Shown: positions 47,770 to 59,647 of the stretch, in pieces
How the letters are laid out: each line of letters starts with the position of its first letter
How positions within the stretch are numbered: the first letter of the stretch is position 1
Assembly (NCBI GenBank): GCA_024275165.1
Contig: JAJRZQ010000025.1
Span: forward strand, 50,519 to 114,518
Source of the DNA: a bacterium
GTDB lineage: Bacteria > SAR324 > XYD2-FULL-50-16
Length of the DNA: 64,000 bases
Direction: 5' to 3'
Program-made: the position numbers and the translations under genes
The notes under the pieces: generated by a model
Databases searched by the model: none
What the model was told of the DNA's origin: nothing
Seen by the model: only the letters and a program-made list of their open reading frames with translations

Positions 47770-49022
47770 ACAACCTCAACAAGGCGGTAGTTTTTCTTAC
47801 CTGTTCGTAAAACCAAGTATGTTTCGCTGGCAAGGTTCTCTAAGGTTAAGCGATATTCCAAAGAGCCTTGGGGTTGGTTGTTCACATAAGTCCCTCCCTG
47901 CTCGATCAACTTTCTCGCCTGCCCCTTCGAGGCGCAGGCTCCGGTTTCCACTAGAGCGTCGATCAGGCTCCAACCCTGTTCCAGGGTCGCTTTTTTAATC
48001 CGGCTACCGGGGATATGGGCAAAGATCTCGCTCAAGGTCGGGTCGTCTAGGTTTTCAATTGCCGCCCCAAACAGCACCTTGCTCGCTTGAATCGCCTTGG
48101 CGAGCTGCTCGGGCCCATGCACCCGGCCGGTGACTTCTGCGGCGAGGCGTTGTTGCGCCTTTCTCAAATGGGGTTCTTTTAGGGTTGCTTGGGCCAAGTC
48201 TTCAATCTCTGCCAAGGGCACCTCGGTAAAAACCTTCAAAAAGCGGATTACATCCTCATCGGCTTGCCGCAGAAAAAACTGATAAAAAGCGTAGGGGCTG
48301 GTTTTTTCCGCCGAGAGCCAGATGGTACCCTTTTCCGACTTGCCGAATTTGCTCCCGTCGGACTTGGTGATCAAGGGCATGGTCAGGCCATAAAGAGGGT
48401 CTGCTCCTCCCATGCGGCGAGAGAGGTCAATGCCGCTGACGATATTGCCCCACTGGTCGGAGCCGCCAACTTGCAGCGTCACCCCCCTGCTTTGATTGAG
48501 TTCATAAAAGTCATAGGCCTGCAACAGCATATAACTGAATTCGGTGTAGCTGATTCCGTTGCCCTCTAAACGGCTTTTTATCGAATCGCGAGTCACCATT
48601 TGGTTGACGGAGAAATGCTTGCCCACATCACGGAGAAACTCAATATAGCTGAATTTACCCAGCCAATCGGCATTGTTGACCACCTCGGTGGAGCCCTTTA
48701 AAAACAGGTTGATTTGGCTTACAATACCTTGAATGTTGGCGGCAATCTGCTCTGGCGAAAGCAGGTTTCGCTCAGCGCTCTTCCCCCCCGGGTCGCCGAT
48801 CATTCCCGTGGCCCCGCCCGCCAAGCCAAGGGGCTCATGCCCCGCTTTTTGCAGGATCCCCATTAAGTTAAACAGGGCGAGCTGCCCCACATGCAGGCTG
48901 TCTGCCGTGGGATCAAAACCCACATAAAATTTCAATCCCCCTTGATTAAGCTTTTCTTCCAGCTCTGCATGGGTCATGTTTTCAATCAAGCCTCGGGCTT
49001 GCAGTTCTTCGCTCAGTTTCAT
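47766..49022 (-). CDS. tyrS: Tyrosyl-tRNA synthetase
   Basis: YVGFDPTADSLHVGQ, QVGGSDQWGNI, KFGKS, C-terminal S4 domain. Confidence 0.97.
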   Translation of the reverse strand: MKLSEELQARGLIENMTHAELEEKLNQGGLKFYVGFDPTADSLHVGQLALFNLMGILQKAGHEPLGLAGGATGMIGDPGGKSAERNLLSPEQIAANIQGIVSQINLFLKGSTEVVNNADWLGKFSYIEFLRDVGKHFSVNQMVTRDSIKSRLEGNGISYTEFSYMLLQAYDFYELNQSRGVTLQVGGSDQWGNIVSGIDLSRRMGGADPLYGLTMPLITKSDGSKFGKSEKGTIWLSAEKTSPYAFYQFFLRQADEDVIRFLKVFTEVPLAEIEDLAQATLKEPHLRKAQQRLAAEVTGRVHGPEQLAKAIQASKVLFGAAIENLDDPTLSEIFAHIPGSRIKKATLEQGWSLIDALVETGACASKGQARKLIEQGGTYVNNQPQGSLEYRLTLENLASETYLVLRTGKKNYRLVEVV

Positions 49023-49036
49023 GGATCGTTTTCCGG

Positions 49037-49531
49037 TTATAGGGCGCGAATGATTTCGGTGACGATTTTCTGTTTGCTCAAGCCCTTGGTTTGGACTTGA
49101 ATATCCGCCTGTTCATAGATGGGGCGGCGTTTTTGATAAAGTTCGATCAGGGTTTGCGTGGGATCGTCTGTTTGCAACAGAGGGCGGGTGTTTTTTCTCG
49201 CTACCCTTTCTTTAATATCTTCAAAGTCCGCGTCTAAAAAAACGCTGGGGCCCAAGGCCTTGACCTTTTCCCAGTTCCCCTCGGTAGCGACCATCCCGCC
49301 GCCTGTAGAAATCACCAGGTTTTGGTAATGACTAAAAGCAAAAAGGGTTTCGGTTTCTTTTTTTCGAAACCAGGGCTCACCCTTTTCCGCAAAAATCTGC
49401 GAGATGCTCAAGCCCACATCGGCCTCAATCAACTTATCGGTATCCACAAAGCGATAACCGAGCCGCTCGGCAAGCTTTCTCCCAATGGCGCTTTTTCCCG
49501 CTCCCATAAAACCCACTAAAAAAATGCGCAT
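49037..49531 (-). CDS. aroK: Shikimate kinase
   Basis: LVGFMGAGKS, DTD, FR..E, STGGG, RPLL. Confidence 0.95.
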   Translation of the reverse strand: MRIFLVGFMGAGKSAIGRKLAERLGYRFVDTDKLIEADVGLSISQIFAEKGEPWFRKKETETLFAFSHYQNLVISTGGGMVATEGNWEKVKALGPSVFLDADFEDIKERVARKNTRPLLQTDDPTQTLIELYQKRRPIYEQADIQVQTKGLSKQKIVTEIIRAL

Positions 49532-50496
49532 TAAAAGCCCTCTTCACTCTGGAGCATCTCTTGGTCGATCTGAATGGTTGCCCTTTCTTTAAGCTTCGCC
49601 ATCCAAATGGCGTAGGCCTTGGGTTGTTTTTGGCGGATTAAGGTCTGCTTGATCAAGGAGCTGGCTTCCTCTTGCCGCAGGCGTTTTCTGGCTCGATATT
49701 TGACATAAAAGAAAATATGGTAGCCATCTTGCGAATGCACCACCTCGCTCACTTTATTTTGATAATTGAGGGCAAAAATGGCGTTTTCCATCTCTAAGGG
49801 GAGCTCACCCCGCTCCACGAAACCCATGTCTCCGCCCGCGTCCCGGTCGGGGCTGATGGAATATTGCGCAATCGCCTTGTCGATTTTCCCCTTGCGAATC
49901 AGTTGCTGGCGCAAGCTGTTTGCCTCGGCAAGAGTGGAAAGGGTGATGTTTTTTACCTTAATGGCTTTGGGCTGGATCAATTTTTTTCGATTCGCCCGGT
50001 AGTAGGCATTGATTTCTCGCTTGGTAATGGGGATGCGGCTCACCACCTCTTGATGGAGCAATTTTCTGGTTAAAATGATGAGGCGCAAGCGTTCCACCCA
50101 TTCATCCCGGGTGAGGCCCTGTTGTTTTAAAATTCGCTCAAAACCCGCTTGGGGGTAAGGGGACAAGGCGGCTTCGACCTCGGATTGCAGTTCTTTATCC
50201 ATCACCTGCACCCCGCGGCGAGCCGCTTCTTGCTGAATCAGCTCTGCTTCGATCATGCGCTGGATGACTAAGCTTTTGACGGCCGGTAGATGTTCCTTAT
50301 CTTGCTGCAACAGCTTGGAATAATTGTTTACAAATTCCTGTACCTTGGTCTGAAAGCGTTTGAGGGGGATTTTTTTATTGTTGACCACCGCAATGGTTTC
50401 GTCTTCAATCCCAATCCCGCGTTCCAACTGGGCTGAGTCACAGGCCGTCAGCAAGAACAAGGAAAGGCAGAACAAGAAAATTCGCTTTAATCTCAT
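49531..50496 (-). CDS. SurA/PrsA-like parvulin PPIase lipoprotein
   Basis: Lipobox LTAC, SurA_N-like region, YS......GGDMGF, SEVVHSQDGYHIF. Confidence 0.8.
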   Translation of the reverse strand: MRLKRIFLFCLSLFLLTACDSAQLERGIGIEDETIAVVNNKKIPLKRFQTKVQEFVNNYSKLLQQDKEHLPAVKSLVIQRMIEAELIQQEAARRGVQVMDKELQSEVEAALSPYPQAGFERILKQQGLTRDEWVERLRLIILTRKLLHQEVVSRIPITKREINAYYRANRKKLIQPKAIKVKNITLSTLAEANSLRQQLIRKGKIDKAIAQYSISPDRDAGGDMGFVERGELPLEMENAIFALNYQNKVSEVVHSQDGYHIFFYVKYRARKRLRQEEASSLIKQTLIRQKQPKAYAIWMAKLKERATIQIDQEMLQSEEGF

Positions 50497-53400
50497 GGAT
50501 TCGCTGGGGCTATAACCTGACTGAAAAAATCGAGCAGCCTTTGAGCGATGGCCTTGGGGGCCGGCTCTTTAAGTTGAAACTTCAGTCCGCCTTGGGGCAA
50601 CAGCCTCGCCCCCCTTTGCCCCTGGAGCCAAGGCATGAGCAGGGCCGGATCGGGGTTGAAGGCTTCACTAAAATAAAGGGTCAATTCTGTTTTTTGCTGC
50701 GCCAATTGGATCAATCCCATTTCCTTGGCTAAAAGGCGAATCTGCATCACATAAAATAGATTTAAGGCCTCCAGGGGTAAGGGGCCGTAACGGTCTTCCA
50801 AGTTGCTCCGTACTTCCCACAGGCCAGCTTGATTTTTCGCCGCAGCGATTGCCTTGTAAGCCTCTAACCTTTGATTCATACTTGGAATGAAGGGTTCTGG
50901 CAAGCTGCCTTGCTGCTCTAAATGCAGCTTGAACTCCGCCTGGGGCGCGGTTTCAAGCGGCTCGTCCCCGGTTAGTTTACCCACCGCCTCTTCAATCATC
51001 TGGGTGTAAAGCTCAAAACCCAATTGATTGATATGCCCCGATTGCTTTGAGCCCAAAAGATCCCCGGCCCCCCGCAATTCTAAATCGTAACTGGCAAGCT
51101 TAAACCCCGCGCCCAAATGATTGAGTTCGCTTAAGATATTTAGGCGTTTCTTGGCCACCTCGCTTAAAAGCTTTTCCTTAGGGGTTAAGAGATAGCAGTA
51201 AGCCTGCTCCTTGGCGCGGCCCACTCGGCCCCGCAACTGATAAAGCTGGGAGAGGCCGAGTTGATCGGCATTGTTGATTAAGATGGTATTGGCATTGGGG
51301 ATATCCAACCCCGACTCGACAATGGTGGTGGCCAGCAAAAGATCGGTTTTTTTATGGATGAAATCGAACATGATTTTTTCCAATTCATGTTCGTGCATCT
51401 GCCCATGCCCAATCGCGATACGCACCTTAGGGAGAATTGATTTTAAGAAATTCCCCACCTCGTGAATGGATTCCACCCGATTGTGGATAAAGAAAATCTG
51501 CCCCCCTCGGCGGAGTTCTCGACTCACCGCCTCTTTGATGACAAACTCGTTAAGCTTCATCAAACGGGTACGCACGGCGCGGCGGTCTAAAGGGGCGGTG
51601 TTGATGATGGAGATATCGCGAATCCCCATCAAGGCCATGTGCAGGGTACGGGGGATGGGAGTGGCAGAGAGGGTGAGGCAGTCAATCGAGGTCCGCATCT
51701 GCTTGATTCGCTCTTTGTGTTTCACTCCAAAGCGTTGTTCCTCGTCCACCACCAACAGGCCTAGGTTTTTAAACTCCACATCCTTGGATAAAAGCCGATG
51801 GGTGCCCACGAGAATATCGACCTTGCCTTGTTTCAGGTCTTGGAGGGTTTCATTGATTTGTTTCGGAGAGACAAAGCGGCTGATCAAGGCGACCTTTACC
51901 GCTTGATCCCGCATGCGCTCTTTAAAGGTATCAAAATGCTGCTGCGCCAAGATGGTCGTCGGCGCCAAAATCCCGACCTGCATCCCCCCCACAACGGCTT
52001 TAAAGGCGGCGCGCAAGGCGATTTCAGTCTTGCCGAAGCCCACATCCCCACAAACGAGGCGATCCATGGGTTGCTCGCTTTCCATGTCTGTCTTGACCTC
52101 TTCAATGACCTTGGTTTGGTCTGGAGTTTCGGCAAAGGGAAAGGCCAAGGCGAACTCCTGACCCAGTTCCCCATCGGGGGCAAAGGCGTGACCCCTTCGC
52201 GCCGCTCGTTTTGCGTAGAGTACCACCAACTCCTGAGCGAGTTCATCCACCTCGGCTTGAATCTTGGCCTTGGTTTTGACCCAGGCCCGATCCCCCAACT
52301 TCGCCAAACGGGGGCGCTGCCCCTCAGCCCCCTTATATTTTTGCACCAAGTGAAATTTTTCCACGGGAACATAAACCTTGTCGCTCCCTTGGTAGTTCAA
52401 CACTAAAAAATCGGCTTCTCCGCCGTTACCGGTGGATATTTTTTTCAAGCCCTCATACGCCCCGACCCCATACTCCACATGGACAACAAAATCCCCCTCT
52501 TTTAAATCGCCTAGGCTGGACATGAAATATTTCAGGCTCGATTCCTTGACTCTGCGCTTTTTTTCCTTGGGGCCGAAGATATCTTCTTCGGTCACCACCG
52601 CGAGCGAGCACTGCCCCTCTGCCCCCACAAAACGGTAGCCCTGATTAAGCCCCTGGGTATCTAAGATCAGCCCCGGGCTGCTGGGGCTGGAGGGCAAGAG
52701 CATCCAGGCTAAGCGTTCCTCAGGGCTCACTGAAGATTGAAGGGTGGGGCTGATCTGATAGGATTCTAAGAATTGGCGTAGATGATCGGCCCTGGATTCA
52801 CTCCCCGCGGCGATCCATACCTTGGCCCCCTCTTTTTGCCATTGGATCAACCGCTCCAATACTCGTTGGGCCGAGCTTTTCATCGCCTGATCGGGTTGCA
52901 GGGCGTAGGCCGCGATCTCGCCGGTTCCGCTTGCCTGTAAGTCCAAGCCGGAGGGGCCCTCTTCATGGAGGGGAGTCAAGTCAATCCTCTGCAAGCCAAA
53001 GAGCTGGGAAAACATTTCCGTATCCGAACGATAAAGCCGTTGCGGCTCCAAAGAAGGCTCCCCCTGCTCCAAGGCGTATTGGTATTCTTGCAACACCTGC
53101 TCAAAGGCTTGTTTAGCTTGGTTTTGGGTTGTTTCTTGGTCTAAAAACAGCAGCAGAGGCGGAGTTAAAAAATATTCTTCCAAGCCGCGAGTGGTTTCAT
53201 AAAAAAGAGGTAAAAAGGCTTCGATCCCTGAAAAGAGTTGCCCGGCCTCTAAGGCTTCACGAATCTGAAAAAAACGGTTTTTTTCCGCTCGTTCACGGGT
53301 TTCATTGAGCCCCTGCGACCCCCGCCGAGCATAGGGATCCGCTAAAATCACCTCGCTGGCGGGAAAGAGTTTCACCCGCTCTAGACTCGCCCCGCTGCCT

Positions 53401-54026
53401 TGGGTTTCAACGGAAAAATGCCGCAGGCTTTCGATTTCGATATCAAAAAAGTCCAAGCGCACCGGTTCATCCAAATCCAAGGGGAAAAGGTCGAAAATTC
53501 CTCCCCGGCGGCTGAACTCACCTTTTTCTTCCACCATCTCCACTCGGTTGTAGCCCAATTGGATCAAGCGGTGGGCGAGGTCTTCGGGGTCGATTTCCTC
53601 CCCCACTTGCAAGTCAAAGGCAAATTCCTGTAAGGGCTCTGGGGGCAAAAGCCGTTGCAATAAGGCCTGCGCCGTGGTCACCAGAATTTTCACCTCTCCT
53701 TGTCGCAAGGCCATCAGGGTTTTGAGCCTTAAAGCGGTGACCCCCTTGGAAGGGGATTGATTGTCATAGGGCAGGCAGTCTTGATGAGGGAAAAAACCGA
53801 TCCGGCAGGGAGGAAAATAAAAACGCAGGTCTTCATAAGCTTCCAACCCCTCTTCATAGGTGGGGGCGATGAGCAACAAGTCTTTCGGGGTTTCTTTGGC
53901 TAAGAGGGCCGCAAAAAGCAACCCCGCCCCGCCGGGGGCGGAAAAAATTCTAGCCCCCCCCCTAGAGCTGTTTATGGCTTGACTGGAAAGGGATTGCAGG
54001 TGCTGAGTTAAAGAAAGCTTGCTCAT
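50493..54026 (-). CDS. mfd: Transcription-repair coupling factor
   Basis: RRGGIFD, VVHVEYGVG, MDRLVCGDVGFGKTE, DEEQRFGV, SATPIPRTL, LYQLRGRVGR, DLELRGAG. Confidence 0.97.
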   Translation of the reverse strand: MSKLSLTQHLQSLSSQAINSSRGGARIFSAPGGAGLLFAALLAKETPKDLLLIAPTYEEGLEAYEDLRFYFPPCRIGFFPHQDCLPYDNQSPSKGVTALRLKTLMALRQGEVKILVTTAQALLQRLLPPEPLQEFAFDLQVGEEIDPEDLAHRLIQLGYNRVEMVEEKGEFSRRGGIFDLFPLDLDEPVRLDFFDIEIESLRHFSVETQGSGASLERVKLFPASEVILADPYARRGSQGLNETRERAEKNRFFQIREALEAGQLFSGIEAFLPLFYETTRGLEEYFLTPPLLLFLDQETTQNQAKQAFEQVLQEYQYALEQGEPSLEPQRLYRSDTEMFSQLFGLQRIDLTPLHEEGPSGLDLQASGTGEIAAYALQPDQAMKSSAQRVLERLIQWQKEGAKVWIAAGSESRADHLRQFLESYQISPTLQSSVSPEERLAWMLLPSSPSSPGLILDTQGLNQGYRFVGAEGQCSLAVVTEEDIFGPKEKKRRVKESSLKYFMSSLGDLKEGDFVVHVEYGVGAYEGLKKISTGNGGEADFLVLNYQGSDKVYVPVEKFHLVQKYKGAEGQRPRLAKLGDRAWVKTKAKIQAEVDELAQELVVLYAKRAARRGHAFAPDGELGQEFALAFPFAETPDQTKVIEEVKTDMESEQPMDRLVCGDVGFGKTEIALRAAFKAVVGGMQVGILAPTTILAQQHFDTFKERMRDQAVKVALISRFVSPKQINETLQDLKQGKVDILVGTHRLLSKDVEFKNLGLLVVDEEQRFGVKHKERIKQMRTSIDCLTLSATPIPRTLHMALMGIRDISIINTAPLDRRAVRTRLMKLNEFVIKEAVSRELRRGGQIFFIHNRVESIHEVGNFLKSILPKVRIAIGHGQMHEHELEKIMFDFIHKKTDLLLATTIVESGLDIPNANTILINNADQLGLSQLYQLRGRVGRAKEQAYCYLLTPKEKLLSEVAKKRLNILSELNHLGAGFKLASYDLELRGAGDLLGSKQSGHINQLGFELYTQMIEEAVGKLTGDEPLETAPQAEFKLHLEQQGSLPEPFIPSMNQRLEAYKAIAAAKNQAGLWEVRSNLEDRYGPLPLEALNLFYVMQIRLLAKEMGLIQLAQQKTELTLYFSEAFNPDPALLMPWLQGQRGARLLPQGGLKFQLKEPAPKAIAQRLLDFFSQVIAPANP

Positions 54027-54304
54027 GGGGTTTGACGAGTCGAAAGAGAAGATTTAGTCTGAATAATTAACAGGAATTTGATTCGATTTGCTAGTCCGTT
54101 CAGAGGGGGCACCGTCCAATCTGTAGGCTCGCGGATACGCTAAAGGTTCAAATTAAAAGGGCGCCGCAAAGCCAAGGCCTTAAAAATAATGAGTCTTGGC
54201 ACAAGCAAAGGGCTTTTATCCAAATTCATGCTTTTGCTGGAGAAAAACGCGATTTTGCGAACTCCTCTCAGCAAAAAGCAAATTCTAAGTACAAGACCCC
54301 CTGA

Positions 54305-56950
<2,646 letters not shown>

Positions 56951-56954
<4 letters not shown>

Positions 56955-57223
56955 CCGGCAGGTAAAATAGAACCAAAATGCTTCGCGATCACGATAGCAA
57001 AGCAAAAAACGCAGACTTGCACCCAGACCACGGTCAGAAATAACCCGGCCTCTCCACTGCGGAAACTAAAAAAAACGCCTCGCATGGAAAACTCATCGGA
57101 CTTCGTTGCCATTCCAGGTTGCACCTCGGTGCTGCGGGTTTTGCCCAAAAACTGGAGCAAGATGGTTCCCGCGACAGCTCCGGTGAGCCAAAACATCCAA
57201 CTATCTACAATCGACTCAATCAT
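56951..57223 (-). CDS. Small two-TM hypothetical protein
   Basis: 90 aa ORF with two hydrophobic segments, co-oriented with its neighbours. Confidence 0.55.
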
Positions 57224-57231
57224 TTTTCCCT

Positions 57232-57600
57232 TTATTGAGGCGGTGATTTAAAATGCACGCTCAAGGCGATAAAAAAGAGCAGGGTCGCGCCGAGGTGAAT
57301 CTCACTGATCGGGCTGATTCGCTTTGAGCCATAGAGGTACAAGACAAAACCGCTCAACAGCAGCGTCAGCCCTAAAACAACCTGCAAACTTCCCGTTAGG
57401 TTGCGGCGGTGGCCGGTTTTTAATAAAGCCTGATGCTGACTGAGATGATCATAACAAAAAAGCAGAAAAATCACGCTGTAAAAAAAACCTAAGATCAGGT
57501 GCCCCCAAGTAAGTAGGTCGTTCCCTTCCAAAACCCAGGGGGTGAGGGCAAAGCCGCTCAGGGTCAAAAGCAGGGTTAAGGCTTGTAAAAGTCGTTTCAT
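57232..57600 (-). CDS. Four-TM protein with paired His residues (DUF4405/cytochrome b-like)
   Basis: WGHLILG...YDH and EIHLGAT...SVH His pairs in alternate helices. Confidence 0.55.
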   Translation of the reverse strand: MKRLLQALTLLLTLSGFALTPWVLEGNDLLTWGHLILGFFYSVIFLLFCYDHLSQHQALLKTGHRRNLTGSLQVVLGLTLLLSGFVLYLYGSKRISPISEIHLGATLLFFIALSVHFKSPPQ

Positions 57601-57618
57601 AAAACCGCTGGCATCCCC

Positions 57619-58020
57619 TCAGCTTTTTTGCTTGCGCAATAACATTTCCACCCCTTCTAAGAGCATTTTATTTTCCTGTTCGCGCAGTTCCAATTGCCTG
57701 CTTCGGCTCTGATTTTCAAGTAAGAGTTCCCGCTTGTTGGACTCTAACTCTTCGATCTGAGTGCTTAGGGTCAGCTCTTTTTGTTGTTGCGCAGCCGGAT
57801 CAAGCTTTGTCTTTTCTCGTTGGACCCAAGCGCGAATGGATTCCCGCAAAAGCTGAGACATTCCGTTGAGCTCTTTGCGCACCGTGCTGCGAAGATGTTC
57901 TTTCATGCGTTCTTGAAAGGAATCTTCAAAAAAAACATCCAATATCCGTTGTTCCATCGGATTGGTCGGGCTCATCCCCGCAGGGGGAAGAGGCGGATGA
58001 AGGTTGCGCTCGTCGCTCAT
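57619..58020 (-). CDS. Hypothetical coiled-coil protein
   Basis: 133 aa, charged heptad-like C-terminal half. Confidence 0.65.
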   Translation of the reverse strand: MSDERNLHPPLPPAGMSPTNPMEQRILDVFFEDSFQERMKEHLRSTVRKELNGMSQLLRESIRAWVQREKTKLDPAAQQQKELTLSTQIEELESNKRELLLENQSRSRQLELREQENKMLLEGVEMLLRKQKS

Positions 58021-58055
58021 ATCACATGCCGAATTAGAGGCTATTTAAAAACCCC

Positions 58056-58181
58056 GCCCTGGACTTTTCAGGTTCGAAGGGTTGGGGAGTGCGTTCACCA
58101 CCCCATCATTCATTCATTTTTTATGGTTCACCTTGGGCTTGCGAGCCCTTGGCCTAGCGCAAAAGACTCACCCAGCAGGGC
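58056..58181. other. Candidate structured RNA element in the leader of the 57619..58020 gene
   Basis: GCCCTG(58056-61)/CAGGGC(58176-81) and CTTTT/AAAAG close two internal hairpins (GGGGAGTG-CGTT-CACCACCCC; GGGCT-TGCG-AGCCC). Confidence 0.25.
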
Positions 58182-58411
58182 TCTCTTTGCCAATGCAAAG
58201 ACCCCGCCAAAACATAGCCTTACCAAGGTGGTTGGACCTTTTTATAGTATAGGAACCTCTGAAAAACTCCTTGCCTACCGCTTGCTCAAACGGTAGGTTC
58301 GTGCCCTTCGGGCTGATTATGGCCCCTGGGGCGCGTCGAGTTTTTCCGTCTTTTCTGCTGGGAATGAAATCCACAATCCCAACGCGAATCAATAAGTCGC
58401 GCTTTTTGATT

Positions 58412-58579
58412 TGGCAAGGCATCCCTGCCTTGCTGGGAAACTCCGCGTTTTTCAGGGTTTCCTATACTCCACCTTGCGGTAAATGCCATGCGGCTTCTTT
58501 GTCCATTGAAGACGCAGTCACAGCCCCTTACCGGTTCAATGCTCCGTCCTGGAGGTTCAAAGTCGCGGTAGCCTTGCAT
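58412..58579 (+). ncRNA. Candidate 6S RNA-like rod (strand uncertain, + preferred)
   Basis: Nested stems found by hand: 58414-20/58571-77, 58437-44/58551-58, 58454-57/58547-50, central bubble, 58477-82/58528-33, apical 58489-97/58508-16. Confidence 0.4.
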
Positions 58580-58601
58580 AAAATTGAATCCCCAAACCAG
58601 C

Positions 58602-59549
58602 TTATTGCACATGATAGGTCAAATTCACCGGGTCGCCACCCCGCTGTAACTTAAGACTAAAATTCTTTTCACTGCGGAGTACCTTGAACAATTCCATGGC
58701 TTTTTCCGGACTGTCGATCTGGTTGCCGTTCACCTCTAAAATCACATCTTCGTTTTTTAAGCCTAGTTTATCATAGAGGCTACCGGGGTCAATCGCTTTG
58801 ATTTGATAGCCCTCAAAGCCGCCATCCTTTTCAAAAGGAACGACTCTCGCCTGATTGAGCAGTTTGGTGAAATTGTTCAACTCCGCGTCCAACTCTTCAG
58901 AGCGGAGAAAAAATTCATTGCCCTGTTGGCGCACCTTCATGTCCCCTTTTTGAGCGGTAGAGGGAGGGGCGCTCCCTTGAGCCGTCGCGCTTTGCGCTGG
59001 GGCCTTGGCCCCGCTGCGATCCACCAGGTTTAGACGCAAGGTTTCCTCTCCTTGACGAATCTCAACATAATTCTCAGCCGCCACGACCCGCCCTAAAAAA
59101 GCGGAACCAAGCGCATCCCCAGTACCATAAGGCGATTCTTGCTTGGTTTTTTTATCATAGATAATGGCAAAACCCAAAAAAAAGCCCCGCAACTCCAAAG
59201 TGGAGACCATCTGATTTAAACCCACGCTGCTTTGGGTCGGCTTAGAGGGGGCGGCGTTGGCAAAGCTCCCTACCTCCACTTGAAACAGGTTCGCGCGCAA
59301 AATACCGGCATACTGCTCGAGGTGTTTTGTCGTTGCGGGAGCGGGGCGCCGGTTGCCAAGTCTCATTGTTGCGCTGGAGGTTTGCTCCAACAGCTCGTAT
59401 TCGATAAGCTTAGCCCCCCAAGTCGCGCTTTGCCACAAGACCCCGAGCAAAAAAAGGAGATTGATCCAGCGAATCCCTACTTCTAAGGTGAGCTTTCCTT
59501 TGAGTTGAGACCCAAATTGAGCCCCCATTTGCGCCCATTGTTCCATCAC
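58602..59549 (-). CDS. gspC: Type II secretion protein C (GspC) with C-terminal PDZ domain
   Basis: N-terminal TM helix, NLF motif, HR-like region, PDZ GYQIKAIDPGSLYDKLGLKNEDVILEVNG. Confidence 0.85.
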   Translation of the reverse strand: MMEQWAQMGAQFGSQLKGKLTLEVGIRWINLLFLLGVLWQSATWGAKLIEYELLEQTSSATMRLGNRRPAPATTKHLEQYAGILRANLFQVEVGSFANAAPSKPTQSSVGLNQMVSTLELRGFFLGFAIIYDKKTKQESPYGTGDALGSAFLGRVVAAENYVEIRQGEETLRLNLVDRSGAKAPAQSATAQGSAPPSTAQKGDMKVRQQGNEFFLRSEELDAELNNFTKLLNQARVVPFEKDGGFEGYQIKAIDPGSLYDKLGLKNEDVILEVNGNQIDSPEKAMELFKVLRSEKNFSLKLQRGGDPVNLTYHVQ

Positions 59550-59647
59550 CCTTTCCTTTTCCCTTTTGCATTGCCTTTAAAACCCCCTGAGTTCGCACCA
59601 GGAATTGAGATTTTATTGTACAACGCTCAACCAAAGCAAGCAATCCC

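Noticed and set aside
58061-58080. GGTTCGA, tRNA T-loop-like sequence
   Set aside because: No cloverleaf, anticodon arm or acceptor stem can be built around it.
58050-58110. TPP riboswitch-like text on the minus strand (GGGGTG...ACCCTTCGAACCTGA)
   Set aside because: It lacks the essential UGAGA junction and the P5/TAAT loop, and the downstream gene is not thiamine-related.
58533-58560. GGTTCAA direct repeat at 21-bp spacing as a transcription factor site
   Set aside because: Only two short copies, and they are better explained as part of the RNA-like element.
58271-58654. Plus-strand ORF containing CGKCH, a possible c-type cytochrome
   Set aside because: No clear signal peptide or RBS, it overlaps the gspC end in antisense, and it coincides with the structured RNA candidate. 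The motif is probably chance.
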